This document shows positions 37,000-40,016 of a stretch of DNA of 40,016 nt, piece by piece. This DNA comes from a bacterium (GTDB lineage: Bacteria > Hinthialibacterota > Hinthialibacteria > Hinthialibacterales > Hinthialibacteraceae). Below the pieces are notes generated by a model that was not told where the DNA came from, did no database searches, and was given only the letters and a program-made list of their open reading frames with translations. The first letter of the stretch is position 1. Each line of letters opens with the position of its first letter. The DNA is taken from assembly GCA_963663405.2 (NCBI GenBank), contig CAXXSM010000147.1:1-40016 (forward strand), in the 5' to 3' direction. The position numbers were made by a program, and so were the translations under genes.

Positions 37000-39441
37000 C
37001 TACCCTTCTTTTTCGGACACTACTACAGCGGCATCACCGGACATTTCGGCGTTTTTGTATTGCTCGTGAAAACGTAAAACAAGACCTCGGTTTCCCCACC
37101 ACAAGACTTTATTCATCCCGTTAGCCATTCTCTCATCAAGCATCTGGGCGACCCGTCGCTCCAAATCATTCCCGTTGGTATCAAGCAATGTAAGTATTAA
37201 ATTTCCTTTGGCATCTTGCTCTAAAGTAAAGTTCCGTTTTTCGAAAAGTAAACAACGCATCGTTTGTAAAGTGGTTTTATTGCCGTCTTCATGGTGATAG
37301 TATTCGCCTCCGACGTCTTTCAGAAAGTATTCGTAACTCAAACGTGCAATCATCACACAGTAGAACTCAAATTCGATTTTCTCTGGATCACTGCCATACA
37401 TTTCATCAAGAAAGTAACTGTAAACCAAATCTTTTAATCCGTTTTCTATCAACCAGCGATATCGATATTTTTGTAACAGATCCTTTGAGGACAGACTCGT
37501 GTTTGTGCTGCCAAAACAGCGAATATTTTTCCGGGTTTCAAGATCTCTAAGAATGACAATTTGCAGGGGGAGTCGTGTTTTTGGAAGCGTGACCTGTATG
37601 GTTTTGATTTCATCTTCATTATCCCACTTTTCCCATTCCTCTTTAGATTCCAAAGCCGGCGCAATCAGTTTTTTGATCTGCCGGTTTTTTTTCAAGCAGA
37701 GATAAACCTCCCCATTGGCGCAACGAACCTGTTTGAAATATTGCAGGCTGGCTTCTTTGGTATATTCCGAATCCATGTAGATCTCGCGGATAGCCAGTGG
37801 ATCCAAAAGAGGAAAGATATGGTGTTCACAGTATTGCTCCACAATGCCTGGCGCTCTCACACCTCCTTGATAATAACAGATCGATAGAATTGTGTTCTTC
37901 GCCAAATCCCAGGCGACATGAGGGCGGAATCCTGGAACCAAATCCCCTGATTTATCCGGCCCTTTGCCGATCCCTTTTTCTTGACCGCGTTCCCCGAAAA
38001 ACCGTTTAAAATGGAAATCAAACGCGATTTTCATCCCTTCGATCAGTCCCAATTCTTTGGCCCGATTGATCAGATCACAACGCAGAGCATGTAATTGATC
38101 AAATTTGAATTCCAGAGTATCCTGATAATATCTTGACCGGGTTCCAAATAGACCCAGACCACTGGCAAAAGCCACGGAACGATCCCGATTGTTGCTCAAA
38201 TGGTTAATGCGGCGGTAGCCTCCGACAATACGGAACACATTCAATAAAGCCAGATTGGTCAGCTCCTGACCTCTCAACCGCGCCGGGCCATAACTCTCCA
38301 TGGCCTGTACAATCCCCAGATCATTGACAAACGGCGCCAGCAAAAGCGGTCCCGGATCGCACAAATGGTAGGCGTGAGTCTGCATTTTTTGGCAGATCAA
38401 TTCAAAGTGGCGATTGATTCGCCGGGAGTCCAAAAGGGATTGTTCGGAGTAGAGATGGTAGGCGCTGGATCGACTTGGGAATGGTTGATCCTCCGTGCGA
38501 ATTTCTCTCGGGAAATATTGGTCCAACGTGATGGGGTGACGTTTTTTGTTCGTCAAATCCCAGTGCTTGAATACTCGATTGACCGCAAATCGTGAACAAC
38601 GCAATTTCAGTGCATTGACAATTTGCTGGGCGGACCAGTCTGGATAGCGTAACTTTTTGAGGAGAATATTGAGTTCGGTTTCACTGCTCATGGGATCTTT
38701 CCCGACGCTATACGCCGGGAGAACGGCCCATGGCCCCCAAAGACGATAATCTTTTACAAGCCGGTAATAGCTGGTTAGCGAGACCGCAAACTGGGAACAA
38801 GTCTCTTTGACGGCAAGAGAAGGATTGAAGAACAACTCTCGTACTAATTCCAAACGCATGTGACAGGAATCCTGATCACTGAAAAAGGTTTTTCTCCGCT
38901 GCTTTTTGTCCCGTTCTTGCCTGCCGCTTTTCTTCAGTCTTCCCAGTTGCTTGAGGATGCGTTGGATGCGATCCCAGAAATAGCTGTCCGCTGGTTGATC
39001 AGAAACGGAGCGGCCGTATGACGCCAAGATTTGTGCAATGCAGTCAATATCAGCCTCCTTTTGTGTTAAGGGAAGCGCTTCGGCTATCCGCAACATGGCT
39101 TGCTGTGAAAGAGAGGAACGCGCCTCACTGACCAAAAGGACCAGTTGTTCCAAATCGGCGAAAGACGCAGCGGGTTTGATTTCAGGAAACAAACCGAGTA
39201 GGCCATATTTCACAAACAAATCTTCCTTTTCGTAATACTGCGAACGCGAAATCTTATACTTGTGGCAAATGCTTTGGATGGAAACTCTTTCAATCCATAC
39301 TTCACGAATGATCTCATAATTTCTGACAATCGGATCGTCCTCCAAGAAATAAGGCGTAGAACTCGCATGCTGAGCCATCCCTTGAGTGACTTTGGCTTGT
39401 AAACCCTTGAAATATTCTCTGCATTTCGGTGATAGAATCAT
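37000..39441 (-). CDS. Large DDE transposase with tandem N-terminal HTH modules (likely start ATG 39441)
   Basis: HTHs ICHKYKISRSQYY and TCSQFAVSLTSYYRL; catalytic-like AFDFH, YMDSEY, YRYRWLIENGLKDL. Confidence 0.8.
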   Translation of the reverse strand: MILSPKCREYFKGLQAKVTQGMAQHASSTPYFLEDDPIVRNYEIIREVWIERVSIQSICHKYKISRSQYYEKEDLFVKYGLLGLFPEIKPAASFADLEQLVLLVSEARSSLSQQAMLRIAEALPLTQKEADIDCIAQILASYGRSVSDQPADSYFWDRIQRILKQLGRLKKSGRQERDKKQRRKTFFSDQDSCHMRLELVRELFFNPSLAVKETCSQFAVSLTSYYRLVKDYRLWGPWAVLPAYSVGKDPMSSETELNILLKKLRYPDWSAQQIVNALKLRCSRFAVNRVFKHWDLTNKKRHPITLDQYFPREIRTEDQPFPSRSSAYHLYSEQSLLDSRRINRHFELICQKMQTHAYHLCDPGPLLLAPFVNDLGIVQAMESYGPARLRGQELTNLALLNVFRIVGGYRRINHLSNNRDRSVAFASGLGLFGTRSRYYQDTLEFKFDQLHALRCDLINRAKELGLIEGMKIAFDFHFKRFFGERGQEKGIGKGPDKSGDLVPGFRPHVAWDLAKNTILSICYYQGGVRAPGIVEQYCEHHIFPLLDPLAIREIYMDSEYTKEASLQYFKQVRCANGEVYLCLKKNRQIKKLIAPALESKEEWEKWDNEDEIKTIQVTLPKTRLPLQIVILRDLETRKNIRCFGSTNTSLSSKDLLQKYRYRWLIENGLKDLVYSYFLDEMYGSDPEKIEFEFYCVMIARLSYEYFLKDVGGEYYHHEDGNKTTLQTMRCLLFEKRNFTLEQDAKGNLILTLLDTNGNDLERRVAQMLDERMANGMNKVLWWGNRGLVLRFHEQYKNAEMSGDAAVVVSEKEG

Positions 39442-39447
39442 GCCTGA

Positions 39448-39476
39448 ATTATACCATGCTAAACGCAACAAATCAA
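39448..39476 (-). promoter_or_regulatory. Sigma70 promoter of the large transposase (leaderless)
   Basis: TTGATT-17 bp-TATAAT, ATG 6 nt downstream, no SD. Confidence 0.6.
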
Positions 39477-39733
39477 CCCTAAAATTACCATGCTAAACGC
39501 ACATATTTTGCTGGAAATTTCCCCTTATTTTTCCTGAAATAGGGGAGAAATGGGGATTCTGGATAGTAACAGAGATGACGATTGAAAAGGAAAATACCTA
39601 TAAACTCTTTCCAGTCAGTATGTTACGCTGAATTTGCACTATTGTTTAGGTGTATTCAAAAGTAGCATATTTAAAGAATTGCTTAAAATTAATATGTGCG
39701 TTTAGCTTGGTAAGTTCCCAGGCTAAACGCACA
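39452..39733. repeat. Four copies of CCA(T/A/G)GCTAAACGCA, three direct and one inverted
   Basis: Copies at 39452-39467, 39485-39507, 39691-39713 (inverted, 22/23 to the second) and ~39718-39733. Confidence 0.85.
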
Positions 39734-39755
39734 GTAGAGAAGTCTTGCTTAGGCT

Positions 39756-40016
39756 TTAAAATAGGGGTATTTTGAAATTAACAGATCTTTGCTGGATCAA
39801 AAAGTGTCCGGAAAAACTGGGGAGAATGGTCTGATTTCTTATTGTATTTTTCGAAACTTGTAAAGAATCGGCAGCCTTACTTAAGTTCTGATTGAACAAT
39901 TGAAAGACATGTTTTATGTATGCGTCGCGAATTTCAGCCGCGGGAGCGACTTCATTCGGATCATTTGGCTGAAACAATCTGAGTTTGGCAAGAGTTTCTT
40001 GATCAACGATTCGTCC
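39756..40016 (-). CDS. Partial CDS: C-terminal Fis-type HTH (NtrC/sigma54-activator-like tail) running in from beyond the window
   Basis: AYIKHVFQLFNQNLSKAADSLQVSKNTIR; frame is open to the window edge. Confidence 0.6.
   Translation of the reverse strand, partial: GRIVDQETLAKLRLFQPNDPNEVAPAAEIRDAYIKHVFQLFNQNLSKAADSLQVSKNTIRNQTILPSFSGHFLIQQRSVNFKIPLF

Noticed and set aside
358-39235. Short antisense or overlapping ORFs inside the long genes
   Set aside because: Shadow ORFs without recognisable motifs or RBS
20468-39471. CRISPR-associated transposon (CAST)
   Set aside because: No TnsA/B/C or TniQ motifs; cas3 is intact and the nearby transposases appear to be independent IS elements

Overview
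AT-rich to mixed-GC bacterial accessory/defence island, heavily invaded by mobile DNA. From left to right it holds a large DDE transposase, a nonsense-inactivated IS701-like element, and a three-gene signalling operon (Zn-ribbon/Ser-Thr kinase/TM/ankyrin protein, LysM lipoprotein, FHA-FHA-ABC exporter). A nested mobile-element graveyard follows: an ISNCY/IS5-like IS inside a response-regulator pseudogene, two group II intron 3' remnants, an ISL3 remnant, an IS630 inside an intron RT, and an IS21-like end. Within it sits a secreted metzincin-like protease split from a dockerin-like module at an A8 run. Next come an integrative-element remnant (ArdC-like N-domain, excisionase-like HTH, tRNA-Trp 3'-half att site) and a complete type I-E CRISPR-Cas locus (35 repeats, 34 spacers) with an ISL3 inserted in the last codons of cas8e. 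Directly upstream of cas3 and co-oriented is an uncharacterised module: HIRAN+DUF6569/ARPP-1-like fusion, Cas3-HD-like relic, 345-aa protein and AAA+HerA double ATPase. This module is the best candidate for an undescribed defence system. The window ends with an 813-823-aa multi-HTH DDE transposase with an unusual repeat/operator region. All family calls come from visual motif recognition; no database searches were run.
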